The position numbers and the translations under genes are program-made. A stretch of 64,000 nt of DNA from Haliotis rufescens (taxonomy: Eukaryota): positions 27,528,001-27,592,000 of the forward strand of contig NW_025963813.1 in the NCBI RefSeq assembly GCF_023055435.1, given 5' to 3'. Shown piece by piece: positions 1 to 13,358 of this stretch. The first letter of the stretch is position 1; each line of letters starts with the position of its first letter. Under the pieces are notes generated by a model. The model was not told where the DNA came from. It was given only the letters and a program-made list of their open reading frames with translations, and searched no databases.

Positions 1-1039
1 TGTGTTTCTGCTAAATGTGACATCCGATTTAAGAGCTGGTCGGTGACTGCATTAACAGCGGGACTGTGACCAATGGAATATATAAATACTCCTGATTAAT
101 ACATATATTGACATGTGTACAGTTTGGCTTTTGGGCGCTTTAACAGTATTTTAATTTTATCAGTTCGTGCCTGTTTAATGTGGGAAGAAAACCCGCAGTC
201 AGGCAGCAGAGACCATACTATTCTGTGTTCTCTGGAGGCAGGTCGAGTATTTGGCAATATCTCGCGTTCTTGCACTTAGTTTTGCATATTTCAATTGTTT
301 CTGAAGGTCGGTATCGCGAGAAAGCGAGAATGTCGCTCACAGTATTCCATAGATACTCCCGATAAAACTGAAATGCTTTTCAAAGCGCCATTAAACCCAA
401 CTCACTCACTTACGTACTTGTGGAAAACCATAGAAAGCCATAACAACACCACAGGTTTCATACTGTTATAAAACCAGACATATTTATGTATGCATGTGGA
501 ATAATCTCATTTAACACAAGTAACTCCTACTAGACGTAAAGTAGACAACAAGCGGCTATTCGGCTTTCAACGAACGGGACGCGTAGGACTGACCAAACAC
601 CCGAGGGGACACTTGATAGCCGTGGCGCTATAGCTTTCACAACTCGGGAGTGTTGGGTGAAGCTGCTGTTTTCCTTTATTGTTTCCCTTTGGTTATCTTT
701 GCCAGTTTCACACAAACACACACATACACACACGTGTTCGCCTGGGGTGAGGTAAGTGTTATATCGCTGCCTATAGTTCTAAGCCACCTCTTTATCCTTG
801 TGTTAACTGATGGGCAGACACACGCTCACTTTGCCAAACAGGTGGGGAGTTTTCAAACTGGCATCGAAACCATGACGTATGAATGGCGTTAGGGGTCGTG
901 TGCTTCGCAAGACGCCCGTAGTGTGGAAGTATATTCGTAAAGGATTTCATATTTTGACTTTGAAACATTTTTATTTCATAACAAAATACTGGTTTCTTGC
1001 TTATGTTGAGACTCTGACATAACCCAATCAAGGAAATAC

Positions 1040-1230
1040 GAGTGAGTGAGTTGGGTTTAACGCCCCTTTTATCAGTATTCCAGGTATATCACGGTGTGGC
1101 AGCTAAGTGTGGGAGGAAAGTCCGGAGTGATGCAGATCTCAGATGTTTACCACTTCGGTGAAACCCACGAGCACGGGTATGGTGCTGACAAACCTAGAAA
1201 CATAATTTGTGGGATTGGAACCCACAATAA
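1040..1230 (-). mobile_element. Retroposon family 4 with (actc)n tail (also ~6470-6640 on -, and split copy 19866-19907 + 20080-20195 on + in each unit)
   Basis: Shared tgtcagcaccatacccgtgctcgtggg...ctgcatca...cccacac...aactcactcactc. Confidence 0.65.
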
Positions 1231-1606
1231 TAGGATTCTGGCGTGCCCAAGGGACGCAACTCTGCACAGCGAATCGCGGCGGCTTAGACGACTGGGCCTC
1301 CCTGCCCATCAAGGATATATGTAAAGCAAGGCTAAACAGTACAGCACGGCTGTCGCGTGAATCGACAAAGTACAAAGTGTTAGTCTAATGGTTAAAGCGT
1401 TCGCTCGGCACGCTGAAGGCTCGGGTTCGATTCATGGGTGCAATGTGTAAAGCCCATGTCTGGTGTCCCCCGTCATGATATTGCTGGAATATTGCTATAA
1501 ACAGCGTATAAAAAAACCCACTCGCTACAAAGTGGGGCATCGCTGATTTTGCGTTGTCGTACGCTATACTATACGGCATGTTCATAGATTCTTTCATTTA
1601 CAGGTC

Positions 1607-1830
1607 AACCCGTGGAGACCCGGGGTAGAATAGGTCTTCAGCTACTCATGCTTGTCGTAAAAGGCGATTATGCTTGTCGCAGGAGGCGACTAACGGGAGC
1701 GGTTGGTCAGGCTCGCTGACTTGGTTGATGCATGTCATTGATCCCAATTGCGTGGATCGATGCTCATGATATCACTGGAGTGTTTGGTCCAGACTCGATT
1801 ATTTACAGACCGCTGTCATATAGCTTGAAT
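1607..1830 (+). mobile_element. SINE-like family 2 (other dispersed copies: ~2760-2965 on -, ~6925-7115, ~7230-7432, and the split copy ~51223-51268 + 53339-53562)
   Basis: Aligns by eye to 22242-22485; runs into an N gap. Confidence 0.82.
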
Positions 1831-2010
1831 NNNNNNNNNNNNNNNNNNNNNNNNNNNNNNNNNNNNNNNNNNNNNNNNNNNNNNNNNNNNNNNNNNNNNN
1901 NNNNNNNNNNNNNNNNNNNNNNNNNNNNNNNNNNNNNNNNNNNNNNNNNNNNNNNNNNNNNNNNNNNNNNNNNNNNNNNNNNNNNNNNNNNNNNNNNNNN
2001 NNNNNNNNNN
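1831..2010. other. Assembly gap (N run)
   Basis: Ns. Confidence 1.
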
Positions 2011-2574
2011 TGGTTAATTTTGACACTTTTTGCTTGTGTTTGTCAGGGCCACAATGCAACAACGAGACAATGTTCCTTCTAGGATTTCATATAACACTGC
2101 TGAATTCCGCCGGCAATACCCGCTCTCACACAACTATGTTAGCTAATGATAAAAACTAACTTTATGCATGGTTACCTTGGTGGCCGGTGCGTTGAGGGAG
2201 ACTATTCCGTATACATGCCGCGTGTTATACAATAGGTCAGCCTAATAAATTACCACTTATGAGGGTCGGGATGCGCGGCGATTGTTCGAAGAGTGCTGCG
2301 ATTCACAGAAGTATAAATAATTGATGCAACCACCATTATGTGTGACAGGCTGCAGGGAGGTCTACAGTGAGTTTTTTCTCATTCGTACATTTATTTGTTG
2401 CTCCACAATATCAGCGAGTGCCACTTGTGGCGAAGTGGTAATTGACTGTGCAGTTATGTCCCTTAGCTACCAGGATCCAGTGATAGGAGTTACCAGATTC
2501 GCACCGATTATGATCCTTGAATGTCAAGTATTCATTGGGCTCATCAAATCGACAACATCTCCGACCCCTGTGGT

Positions 2575-2721
2575 GGGGGTAACCTAGTGATTAAAGCGTT
2601 CACCGAAGACCCGGGTTCGATTCCCAACATGGGTACAATGTGTGAAGCCCATTTCTGGTGTCCCCCGCCGTGATATTGCTGGTATATTGCTAAAAGCGGC
2701 GTAAAACCATACGCACTCACT
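2575..2721 (+). mobile_element. SINE family 1 (further degraded copies at ~1380-1525 and ~3068-3220)
   Basis: gaagacccgggttcgattcccaacatgggtacaatgtgtgaagccc...gcggcgtaaaaccatacgcactcactc; decayed TSD tccgaccc. Confidence 0.85.
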
Positions 2722-4112
2722 CCGACCCTCGCGGACGATTCTCCACGTTGTCTGTTAGCTGTTAACGCCGCACTTAATAACATTCCAGCTATATGACGGC
2801 GGTCTGTAAATAATCGAGTCTGGACCAGGTATTCCGGTCACCGTCATCGTGATAATCGATCTACACAATCGGGAAACGATGACATGCACCAACCAAGTCA
2901 GCGATCCTCATCACCCGACCCCGTGCGTCTCCTCGACAAGCACGGGTTGCTGAAGACAAATTCTGAGGACAATGTTACTATGAACTGTACCGTCAAGATA
3001 AACAGAGTTTCGTTGTATGCGACATAGATTTCTTAATTGGTATGATTAATCCGTTCCTTATCCAGCCAGGGCGACGAGGAAGCCTATAGCTAATGGTTAA
3101 AGTGATGGCTCATTGCGCGGATGATCCGGAATCTAATCCCCCCATTGTGTCAATCCCATTTCTGCCCACGTCGATATGTTTATTCCTAAAAGCGGCGTAA
3201 AACCCTGCTCCCTCACTTACCCATCCGGCAATCTCGCATTAGTGTTCATCACTAACGAGAGGCAATAACAATGAACCATATGACAGATAGTCTTGATGAA
3301 CCTCGATCTGATGCCGACTCATGTACGCATGCTATCATGGCAGATTGGATGTCATAAATCGAATACTGATCTTTATTGATTCAAAGAATGCAGACATGTG
3401 CTTATGCATAAATATACAACGGAACATCACAGGTCAGAATGGAAGTAAAATGGATTTCGTTGGGGGTCATGAATTGAATGGTGCTGGCATCCGATGAGGA
3501 GACTTTCCTACGGGAAGCTGTGATGGGGTCGTGTCGACACGAAACACGCATCGTTCTTTTCATGTCTTTCAGTCAACTCTGACAAAGAACGGTCTTAATT
3601 GCTGTACTATTATTTCGTCCGTTACAGTAAATCTGCACTATGTTCAGCCCCTAGGTCGTGTTACATACAAATAAAACTGACGCTTATTTCTCTCTATTTT
3701 GCGATGTTTGATTTAATTGGGTCGTTAATGGGATCTCGTAGTGATTAATGTCGCTGAGTAAAGACTTAAGTTAAATATTCAAGACAACGAGAAAAGGTGA
3801 AATACCATCCCCGAGTGTTGACCTGCTGAGCCTATTATCAAAGGAAACTGCAAAATAATTTAAAAGCAATTATATGTTTATTAAACATCTCATTTCACAC
3901 ATTATGAGTTTCCATTAGACGGGTCATGATAAGCGATCACGCCAGCTGACGTGCACTTTAAATAGAGTGTTCATTGCAAGTGTGTTAAATCGCATATTAC
4001 GTTATTTTAGGCAGTCTAAATAACTTTTGAGACTCACATGGATCCTGGGCATTTTTTTCGCTTCAGGGTGAGGTTAGGTGAGGTGAAATATGGGATTGTA
4101 CTTATATAGCGA

Positions 4113-4635
4113 CGTGTGTGTGTGTGTGTGGGGTGTGGGGTGGGGGGTGGGTGGGGGGTGGGTGGGGGGGTTGTTGGGGGGGGGGGGGGGGGTGTGTGCT
4201 CGTAGTGCTGTCCCAATGAGGTACAATGCCGCTGTTCATATGAATATCCCATTCAGTAATACATACGAACACCGAGTTGACCAGACCATGATTTATCTCC
4301 TTATATTTGAAATAATGCACGTGTGTATTTATGTTTCTATCTGTATACAGGTGTGAATTTATGTGAATGTCTGAATACACATGTGTGTTGGTTTGTTTGT
4401 ATGAATGGACTCGTGTGTGTTTATGTGTATGTTTGAAAATATATGTATTTGTTTTAAAACACGGGTGTGTTTATGAATATGTCTGAATACACTTGTGTGT
4501 TTGTGCGAGTGTCTTAATACACGTGTGTGTGTGTGTCTGAATACACGTGTGTGTTTGTGTGAGTATGAATACACGTGTGTGTGGGTGTCTGAATACACGT
4601 GTGTGTTTGTGTGAGTATGAATACACGTGTGTGTT
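4113..4635. repeat. (GT)n and G-rich tract, then degenerate tgaatacacgtgtgtg minisatellite running into an N gap
   Basis: Direct inspection. Confidence 0.9.
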
Positions 4636-4770
4636 NNNNNNNNNNNNNNNNNNNNNNNNNNNNNNNNNNNNNNNNNNNNNNNNNNNNNNNNNNNNNNNNN
4701 NNNNNNNNNNNNNNNNNNNNNNNNNNNNNNNNNNNNNNNNNNNNNNNNNNNNNNNNNNNNNNNNNNNNNN
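4636..4770. other. Assembly gap (N run)
   Basis: Ns. Confidence 1.
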
Positions 4771-6142
4771 AAGTGCCTTAATACCCGCATGCGACATTAT
4801 TCAGCTGGTAACAGTTAGTTATCCTCTGTTTTATTCGTAACCACCTTCATAATCGCCTAGTGTGGTCCTTTAACTCGTAAATCTCTATCAGATTGTACAC
4901 AGTAACTACAGAAAACAAAACTTCACGCAATGCACATAATGCTGGGAGCCGACATGGCACTCTCGAAAAACTCTTTTTAAACAAAGCGTCTCTTTTCCCG
5001 TTTGATTTAAACTTATACACTGCAACTGGAAACACCGACAAGACGTTTTTGTTTGTCAGGTGAGCTTTGGGGTTTCCGCAGCATGTACACCATTTAAAAC
5101 AGCATGGATCACATATAACAGAAAAACAGCCCGACACGCTCCAATGGCACTTTGACATTTTTATATCCGTATTTCCAGTGACTGAGAACGTCTTTGAGTT
5201 TATTATGTTTTTTAGTAATCGGAGACTGTTCTGTGTAGTTAAAACATTTTAGCAACGTAGGACTTTCTCACACTTGGCACTTTTGATGTCCTCCCTGTCT
5301 AACGCGTTTATAGAGAGGGTCGTACTCTCCAGCGGAAGTGGCATCGACTCTTCCTCTCTGGGGACACATGCGTGAGAAACGAAAGATCTTAATTTCAATA
5401 ATTCCTATAAGTTCCTTCCTTCAATGGTAAAAAAAATTGATATCCGGTCAGCAAAAAATATATGGCGTGCCATCTTTTAACCGACTACTCAATAATCACA
5501 AAGAATATCGAGAACTCCTTCCAATAGGCTAGTCACAAGAAATGTTCGATTTTGAATTTGATTTATTTGTGTTGGCAATGTTTACTTTCGTTCTTCGAGG
5601 ACACAACTTGTCCCAACTCACGTAGCATGTCTGGCATGTACGTTAATTACTAATGGGAAAACCTTCTACCGGAGCTGGTTTGCTTTCGACACAGCTATAA
5701 AGGGGGACGTTTTTTGTCGGCATTAGCTGCAATGGTTCAAAGCATGAGTGCGTTTATTCCTAAAACGCCCACCGAAAAACAAGTTCCTAAATCTAAAGGA
5801 AACGACTTTCACTCCGCACACATACATCTCCTGAGAGACGCTATCTGTGTTCAGTCAGAGAGCGATATGCAGATGGATGCCGAGCCACACCTTCAAAACA
5901 GGGGTTTACAATGTGTTGGAGAAAGAAATGGAAGTTGGCGTTTCTTTTCAAAACTTGTTGAGACAAATCGGCGGATGTGGATGTGTAGTTTCTGTAGTTG
6001 AACATTATTTCTTTATTAAGAAAAAATAGAAGCATTATAGAATTTGGTTTTAACTGGTTTCTGTTTTCGATTTTTCACACCGGTGGTGATTCAAGGAACA
6101 AGGTTGGATCTAACCCATAACTAAACCATAACACACCGGGTG

Positions 6143-6475
6143 TGTGAGTGAGTGAGTGAGTGAGTGGGTGGCTGGGTGGCTGTGTGCTTTAGTGAGTGAG
6201 TGAGTGGTTGGGTAGATTGATGGACGAGTGTGTGAGTGAGTGAGTGCATGGGAGGATGGGTGCATGAGTGGGTGAGTGAGTGAAAGGGGTGGATGGGCGT
6301 CTGAGTTAGTGAGTGGTTGGGAGGATGGGTGATTTGGTGAGTGAGGGAATGAGTGAGTGGGTAGTGGGAGGATTGGTTCTTGATTGATTGAGTGAGTGAG
6401 TGAATGGGTTGGTGGGTGGCTGGGTGAGTGAGTGAGTGGGTGGTGGAAGAATGGATGCTTTAGCGAATGAGTGAG
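6143..6475. repeat. Degenerate (GAGT)n microsatellite, probably an expanded SINE tail
   Basis: gagtgagtgagt interspersed with gggt/ggat; abuts the family-4 copy at ~6470. Confidence 0.88.
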
Positions 6476-9400
6476 TTCAGTCTGCTTTTAACTTCTATTT
6501 CAAGTATAATACGACGTGTCAGCTAAGTGTAGAAGAAAGTCTCAAAATGATGCAGGTCGTAGTCGGCTACAAATTTGGTACAACCCACATGCACGGGCAT
6601 TGTGCTGACAAACCAATGATCATTATCGGGCGGATCAAAATGAAATCTCACATGTGACGTCATACATCCATGACTCGAGATGCACCATTTGTTTTGTGTA
6701 GGATTGGCGTGTAAAGTTTGGAAATCACGTGAAAGATATCGTGAAAGAATAAAAACGCTGTGGTAACACGTGGCTGATTGGTCGTATTGTCATTAAGTGG
6801 AACACATTGGAAACATCTCTTCTGAACGTACATACTTCTCTATGTATTTCTATGGTTCGCAATTCTCTTGGCGGTGAGTATTTCAGAAATCCTTACAGTT
6901 AAGTCCCATCAATCAGGAAACTGTCTTTAGCGTGTCGTAAGCGTCAACTAAATAGGATCGGGTGGTCAGATTCGATGACATGACCAAATGCGTGTCATCG
7001 TGCCCGGATACCCTGGATCATTGATCATACATTCAACCACTGGATTGTCTAGTCCAGATTCTATTAATTACATTCTGCCGTGATATAGCTGGCGCATTGC
7101 TGTCTGCGGCGTTAACCAACATTCACACAGTTGGATTCTGGGAACTGCTGTGATCTCAGATTAAAAATGTTCTTTATTAAATGAATTTTAATTTTAATAT
7201 TACTACACAAAAAACTACTTATTTCATAGCAACCATATGCTTGCCCTAAAAGGCGACTCTGCGTGTCGCAAGAGGCGACAATCGGGATCGGGTGGTCAGG
7301 TTCGCTGATTCGGTTGATGCATGTCATCGTATCCCAATTGCGTGGATCGATGCTCATGATGCCAATCACTGGATTGTCTGGTCCAGACTCGATTATTAAC
7401 GGACCGCCGTCATATATTTGAAATATTGCCGAGTTAACTTAACTTTATTTAATAGTTAATATGTCATACCAGGGCAAATTAACTATGGTAATATGAAAGA
7501 ATCGCGTGGTATATGAGGCTGAATCCATACCATTTAAAAACAACACTGCAGGTGGTACCATTTCCTTCAAGTAAGGGATCGGTCAGTTATTACCCTGGCC
7601 TAGTGGGGTGAGGCGGGGTTGGTGCCAGAGGTAAGATTTTTTAATTACCTCCCCCCCGTCCTTGTTCATTTATCATGACACTCCCCGAAAAGATAAAATG
7701 CAAAAGCACTATATACTTTATCCTAAAATGTCCATTGTTTCACGACCCTCCCCAAATCTGGGTAATAAGGACCGCCCCCACCCCCGTCCCCCAACCCCAA
7801 CCCCACCCAACCCCAAGAGACTGCCTAAGCCTTTGGTAAGTCTCTACCTATAACATTTCCTCTCGCAAATTACTGTATTGTAACCCAACATTCACGCCTC
7901 CATGTGTCAATACTAATTCCCTAAAACAATATGTAGCATGATAGATAAACATTTCATTTTAGTGTGTCTGAAATTAAATGAATTATCCAAACAAAATTCT
8001 TTAACAAAAGCCGGGCTTTCGTAAATACCTTCCAGGGTGGTTTTAATGGCACTCGACGCGAAGGTGTGTAATTGTGAATGTTCCACTCAAATACAAGCCT
8101 CATCTGAAAGGCTCTCTGTACTCTGAATGAATAGGAATTCCTGATTCTAAGAGTGACTAGCGAGAGTTCCCCTGTCGTGGTGCCAGAGTTGTTGATGAAC
8201 CTGCCTTTACCGTTTCGTCATGTTATGCCTTTGATTAATCAATTAATTTATCTGTGTAACGGTAGTTTCTGTATTTGATGAAGTTCACTGTGCAAACAGC
8301 ATCATATTATGAGAGAGCCAGAACAGAGTTCTCATTCTCCAAGATACACAACTGACGAACTCGATAATCCTACAATTAAGCGTCAATGTTATGTTTTGAA
8401 TAAAATAACAGGTCCTGTTTTTCTTTCAAGCTGAAGAAAGATTAACTATTTTGCAAAGCAGGAAAGAGGTGTATCAGCGATTTTTATGATTGGGCGTTTT
8501 ATTGCACATTGTTTCATATATTTGACTGTCTGTTTGTGGTATCTTCAAGAATACGAAGTCAAACTTCGTACTTTAGCCATGCAGTGTTACTTTGGAATTG
8601 CAGGAATGCCTAGTCTATCTGTAATGTGAGATACATGAACTTCCTACCCGTGAAGATCCGGGGTAGAATAGGTCTTCAGCAACTCATGCTTGTCGTAAAA
8701 GGCGACTGTGCTTGTCGTAAGAGGCGACTTAACGGGATCGGGTGGTCAGGCTCGCTAACTTGGTTGATGCATGTCATCTATCCTAATTCTGTGGATCGAT
8801 GCTCATGATTTCAATCACTGGATTGTCTGGTCCTGACTCGATCCTGACGCGTTCATTTACTTGTATGGTGAACTGAATGTTCATCTTGTATTAATTGTTA
8901 TGCATTATCACAGAGCAGTGATCCAGGGAACAGATTGCCATTAAAAAAGAACAGGATTACTAGAAATACAGGGTATAACACCCTAGCCGATAAGCTTCCC
9001 TCAGTAACACCCGATTAAGTCAGTACAAGACTGAAAGCTGCCCCATAATTATGTATGTCAGACTAGTCGGGTAGTGCTACATATATATGTGAATACAGAG
9101 TTATTTAATGAAGAGCATAGCTGTTTAAAGTTACTAATAAACGTGTATAAGTGTTATATCTTCACTGAACAAATAATGACGTATGCGAGTGTTAAGTGTT
9201 AACATTCCAATACATGATATCTGTATCAGCGATATTGTGTACGTTCGACCGGTGAGCAAGCGTTATCCTTACTATCTCGTAGTATATACATCTGCAAGAT
9301 ATTGTATTTCTGAAGATATCACGATACAACTTTTACGATGCATCACGTTTGCACTAGCGCTTGTTAACAGCCTTGATTTGGGGTGTTTCAGTAGTTTAAA

Positions 9401-9484
9401 TTGCTGCTCTTGATATTGTTCATTAAAATTTGATACCACAAACAATAAAAGGTTATATGGGAGGAGGACTTTATAAGGGTAACA

Positions 9485-9650
9485 GGGGCGGTCGGGTAGC
9501 CTTGTGGTTAAAGCGTTCGCTCGTCACGCCGAAGACCCGGGTTCGATTCCCGACATGGGTACAATGTGTGAAGCCCATTTCTGGTGACCCCCGCCGTTAT
9601 ATTGCTGGAATATTGCTAAAAGCGGCGTAAAACCATACTCACTCACTCAC
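9485..9650 (+). mobile_element. tRNA-derived SINE family 1, full length with TSD
   Basis: A box tagccttgtggtta, B box ggttcgattcc, (actc)n tail. TSD tataagggtaaca at 9472-9484 and 9651-9663. Confidence 0.92.
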
Positions 9651-9695
9651 TATAAGGGTAACAGGCTTTAATGTATATCTGATATGTATATGACA

Positions 9696-9697
<2 letters not shown>

Positions 9698-9752
<55 letters not shown>
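9698..9752. repeat. (TA)n microsatellite
   Basis: Direct inspection. Confidence 0.95.
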
Positions 9753-9758
<6 letters not shown>

Positions 9759-10908
9759 GACATAAATAGAAGAATGAATAGTATTACCAGTATCTAATAT
9801 GTGAAGGAAGCATTTTATAATTAAATTTAGCAATTTTTCTTTTAAATAATTTTTCCTGACTTAAAAGTAAATGTAAGAACACAATCGCGCGCAATACAAT
9901 GCATAATTCTGGTCCACTTCCATATGACTACATAGCATACAATAAGCTTTCGGATCCCGTATGGATCGGTGGGTGGCAGCCTAGATATCCATAGAATTGA
10001 CACTTGTCTGTCTCTAAGCCCCTGAACCATATCATTTTCCCTTTCGCTCAGCCCTTTCTATAATACAAAGGCCCTATATGAAGCAAGTTAGATTTTCCCC
10101 AGGTTCATCTCTGAATCTCAAATCTCACTGGGGCTCCTCTTCAATTTGAATGGAGTTATTTGGAGTTATATGGAGTTGTATATTTTTAGAGACTAAGCAT
10201 CAGTCTAGAAAGGCATCACCAGTTTGGAATTGGACATTAATTTGTTTACAATAGCAAAACATTGTCGCCTACATTATAACATTAAGAATATCACTGCTTA
10301 AGTGCCATGTGCAAATGAGAAAGTAGACGAACCTTAAAATTATAAATAAACATAGTTTCCTTAATTCCAAGCAATATCGAAAAAATATATATGCATATAA
10401 ATACACACCAAGATCACCGTCTACAAAACATAAATGATTTAGGTTGATATTAGTTTGCGTATTTGACGATTATATAACTTGCTAAAGTATTAATCGTTTT
10501 CCCATACCCGATCAAGTACGTGCCATGAATTTAAGCGACATTGTACGATTTCGACCTTATGTTTATGTATCACTGTCAAATAGTGGTGTCACTAATCCAA
10601 AGAAACAGTTCGCAATTTGTCCAAGGCATTAAACAATACGCAGAACGATTGAATTCAGCACTTCCGCTAAGCGCTGCGAGTACAGCGTCAAACTCGGGCC
10701 TGTAATCTAACACGCGAGAACTGACCAATGAAAATCTGAGAAGTAGAAATACCGATAGAAGCTGTTGCTTGATTGACAATGTCAATGTCAATCAAGAGAA
10801 GGGGGAGCTTGATGATATCGCTCTCTCTGTCTCTCTCTCAGTAACTTCCGATGTAAATAACGCCGTCATTTGGACGGAAAAACGATGGTTTGAAAGCGAA
10901 AAAACGAC

Positions 10909-11623
10909 GTTTTCGTGTTTGCAGTGTTATCGTCGTCGAAATGAGCGTTTTGCCCCACATTGTGTACGTGAATTCGACAATTTCGGTGGCGGTAGTGTCA
11001 TGGTGTGGGGGACCATATCCTACACCACGAGGTCTGACTTGGTTGTGGTTCAGGGAAATTTGACAGCAAAACGCTACATGAATCGCAACATAAAATTCTT
11101 CAAGCTCACCTTTAACAAATAATTGACCGCCAGAGGTAGCTGTTTCAACAGGACAACACTCCACCGCACACAGCTCGTGTCACGGTAGACTACCTTCACA
11201 ATGCCAACATCAACGACTTGCCCTGGCAGTCGAGATCTCCAGATCCCAACCCAATCGAACACCTCTGGGATGAACTCGATCGACGTGTACGTCAACGTCA
11301 GAAGACGTCGCAGACACTCCCACAAGGGGTCAACGCGTTACAAGCAGAATGGCGCAGAATTCCTACACTTATCCAGTCAGTGCCGAGGAGATACAGAGCC
11401 GTGATTGCTGCCCGGAGCAGTCACAGGATATACGCGCAATTTTGTGGCCTAATGTGACATGACAATGAACAGGTTTCAATGCCTTTGCACAACGACAACA
11501 TGTGACTATCGAGCTCCAAAATGTCATATTGGTATCTATGATATTAAATTAAATATATCGACTTTATTAGGCAAAATAAATTTACTAAAAATCTACCTGT
11601 GCCTGTCTTTTTAGAAGAGTGTA
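10909..11623 (+). mobile_element. Tc1/mariner (Tc1-type) transposase remnant, 3' part, with probable right end
   Basis: Frameshifted motifs GGGSVMVWG, FQQDN, PW.SRSPD.NPIEHLWDEL and SVPRR.RAVIAA. Ends tttttagaagagtg|TA. Confidence 0.9.
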
Positions 11624-11723
11624 TGTATATTTTTATTTAGAAACGCTGACACCAAATTGGAGGTGAGGTGAAATTGGGTTTTAGGTCGCGTTCAAGGTTA
11701 TTGCACAGTACTAGTACATAGTG

Positions 11724-11776
11724 ACGTGCGTGCGTGCGTGCGTGCGTGCGTGCGTGTGTGTGTGTGTGTGTGTGTG
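11724..11776. repeat. (GTGC)n(GT)n microsatellite, length variable among units (~24487, 37000, 49583)
   Basis: Direct inspection. Confidence 0.92.
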
Positions 11777-11779
11777 CAC

Positions 11780-12033
11780 CTGTCCGGACAAATGCCAGTC
11801 TTTTTAGAGCTAGCCCACTAAGAAATGCCACATTTTAACATGGATACCCCTATCACACACAATATATTGACTCCGATCCGAGAAGTCCTTGTTTTAGCCC
11901 CATAATGCCGAGCGCCAGGCAGGGTAACAACAAGTATAATCTTTTAACGTCTTTTGGTTTGACGCTTCTGGGGATCGAACTCCTGACCTTCTGTTCTCCG
12001 GGCACAGGGTCTACCCACTAGACCACGGAGGCG
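11780..12033 (-). mobile_element. tRNA-headed SINE family 3, Meta-domain-like (copies ~24545-24798, 37036-37289, 49635-49888)
   Basis: Minus strand: gtggtctagtggg (A box), gagttcgatccc (B box), then gtcaaaccaaaagacgttaaaa...ccctgcctggcgctcggcatta. Confidence 0.75.
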
Positions 12034-12912
12034 ATCACATCAAATTGGAGATTGGGTGGCCTGGGTCATCAGGCATAATTCGCTGTACAATTAATCATTT
12101 TACCAAGTTGCCCTAACGTCATATCAACTCTATCAAGACGTCAATAGCATAGCTATTTTATTATACATGAAAGCATTCCTAATTTTGGGATATCATTAAC
12201 ATTGTAATTATGATCATCGTGGTACCTTGATCTGAGGTTTTGTTTTTCCTCAACTTTCACGATCAAACTATCATCCATAAAAGCATGTGTGTTGATTTCC
12301 CCTCCCCCCAATCTCATCCGCGTGCTTCTCTCATAAAGTGGCCCTCGTCTCTTTACGTGCCGCCCGAAAGAAATTTGATTACTCTGAGCAAACAGCGGAC
12401 TACTTTCCACTGCGGAATGTGATTGTTGGAAGTGGGTGTAAAGCGATGATGAAAAGGTTGTGTTAGAGCGCGTTGAACGGGGAAGCACAGCTCCGCTTAG
12501 CTCCTTCAAGAATTGACGTGTTCAGTTTATTTCAATAGTGTGGTTTCAGAATAATCAGAATTCCATCTGTCGAATTAGGCTTACATCTCTTGTAGATACT
12601 GCCTCCGTAAACCATGTCAAAATACTCTAGACTGTAATGGTTTCTGTCTATCCTGTATCAAAATCTTCGGTTTAGAACGTCAACAAGATGTATTTGCTTT
12701 GTGTATTTCATATATTTACACTGTGTATTTTATGCTTTCTCTCAAAGAGTTGTTTCTACTTGGCGCCAAATTAATTTTATTTGAAAGCGATTTGGCCGAT
12801 ACATTTGTTTTAATGGAGTGTGTAAACTTTTGAAACGTCATGCAATTCATTCATGTAATAGCTATAGCCGACCGATATATCTTAGCTGTAGCGCACATAC
12901 ATCCCGTGTAGA

Positions 12913-13078
12913 GCGAGTGAGTGAGTATGGTTTTACTTCGCTTTTAGCAATATTCCAGCAATATCACGGCGGGGGACACCAGGAATGGGCTTCACACATT
13001 GTACCCATGTCAGGAATCGAACCTGGGTCTTCGGCTTGACGAGCGAACGCTTTAACCACTAGGCTACCCGTCCGCCCC
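12913..13078 (-). mobile_element. SINE family 1, U1-specific insertion
   Basis: 14-bp TSD acatcccgtgtaga at 12899-12912 and 13079-13092. Empty site in U2, U3 and U4. Confidence 0.95.
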
Positions 13079-13149
13079 ACATCCCGTGTAGAACAACTTG
13101 ACATAGTTTATTACAGATTTGGGTTCAACACCGCCATGTTTCAGTTATA

Positions 13150-13358
13150 GCTGTTGAACGTGACAAGAAAGACTAAAAATGAAACATGTGGAAGGCGCAA
13201 TCTTCGTTAAACCCCCAGTCATGCGTTTGATGCCCACGAATCAAGGATCGTAATCGTTTCGAATCTAGGATTCGAACCCACGACCGATTGATTCTTGCCG
13301 TGGCATGAACCGTAATGTTCTTCCCCAGCGTTAGACCACTGGTCGCCGTAGACACGGG
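13150..13358 (-). mobile_element. tRNA-like headed element (SINE family 5 or decayed tRNA pseudogene); copies ~25735-25941, 38228-38434, 50827-51033
   Basis: Minus strand: agtggtctaacgct (A-box-like) and a perfect B box ggttcgaatcc (13268-13278). No clean cloverleaf. Confidence 0.55.

Noticed and set aside
4780-6120. Possible exons or transposon remnant in the unique left region (ORFs 4847-5158, 5714-6001)
   Set aside because: No recognisable protein motif, TIR pair or splice structure could be supported by eye.
9485-9560. tRNA genes at A/B-box sites
   Set aside because: They continue into SINE bodies with tails and TSDs, and no complete cloverleaf is evident.
12153-12509. 118-aa minus-strand ORF present in all four units
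   Set aside because: Non-ATG start and no recognisable domain. Its persistence is explained by recent duplication.
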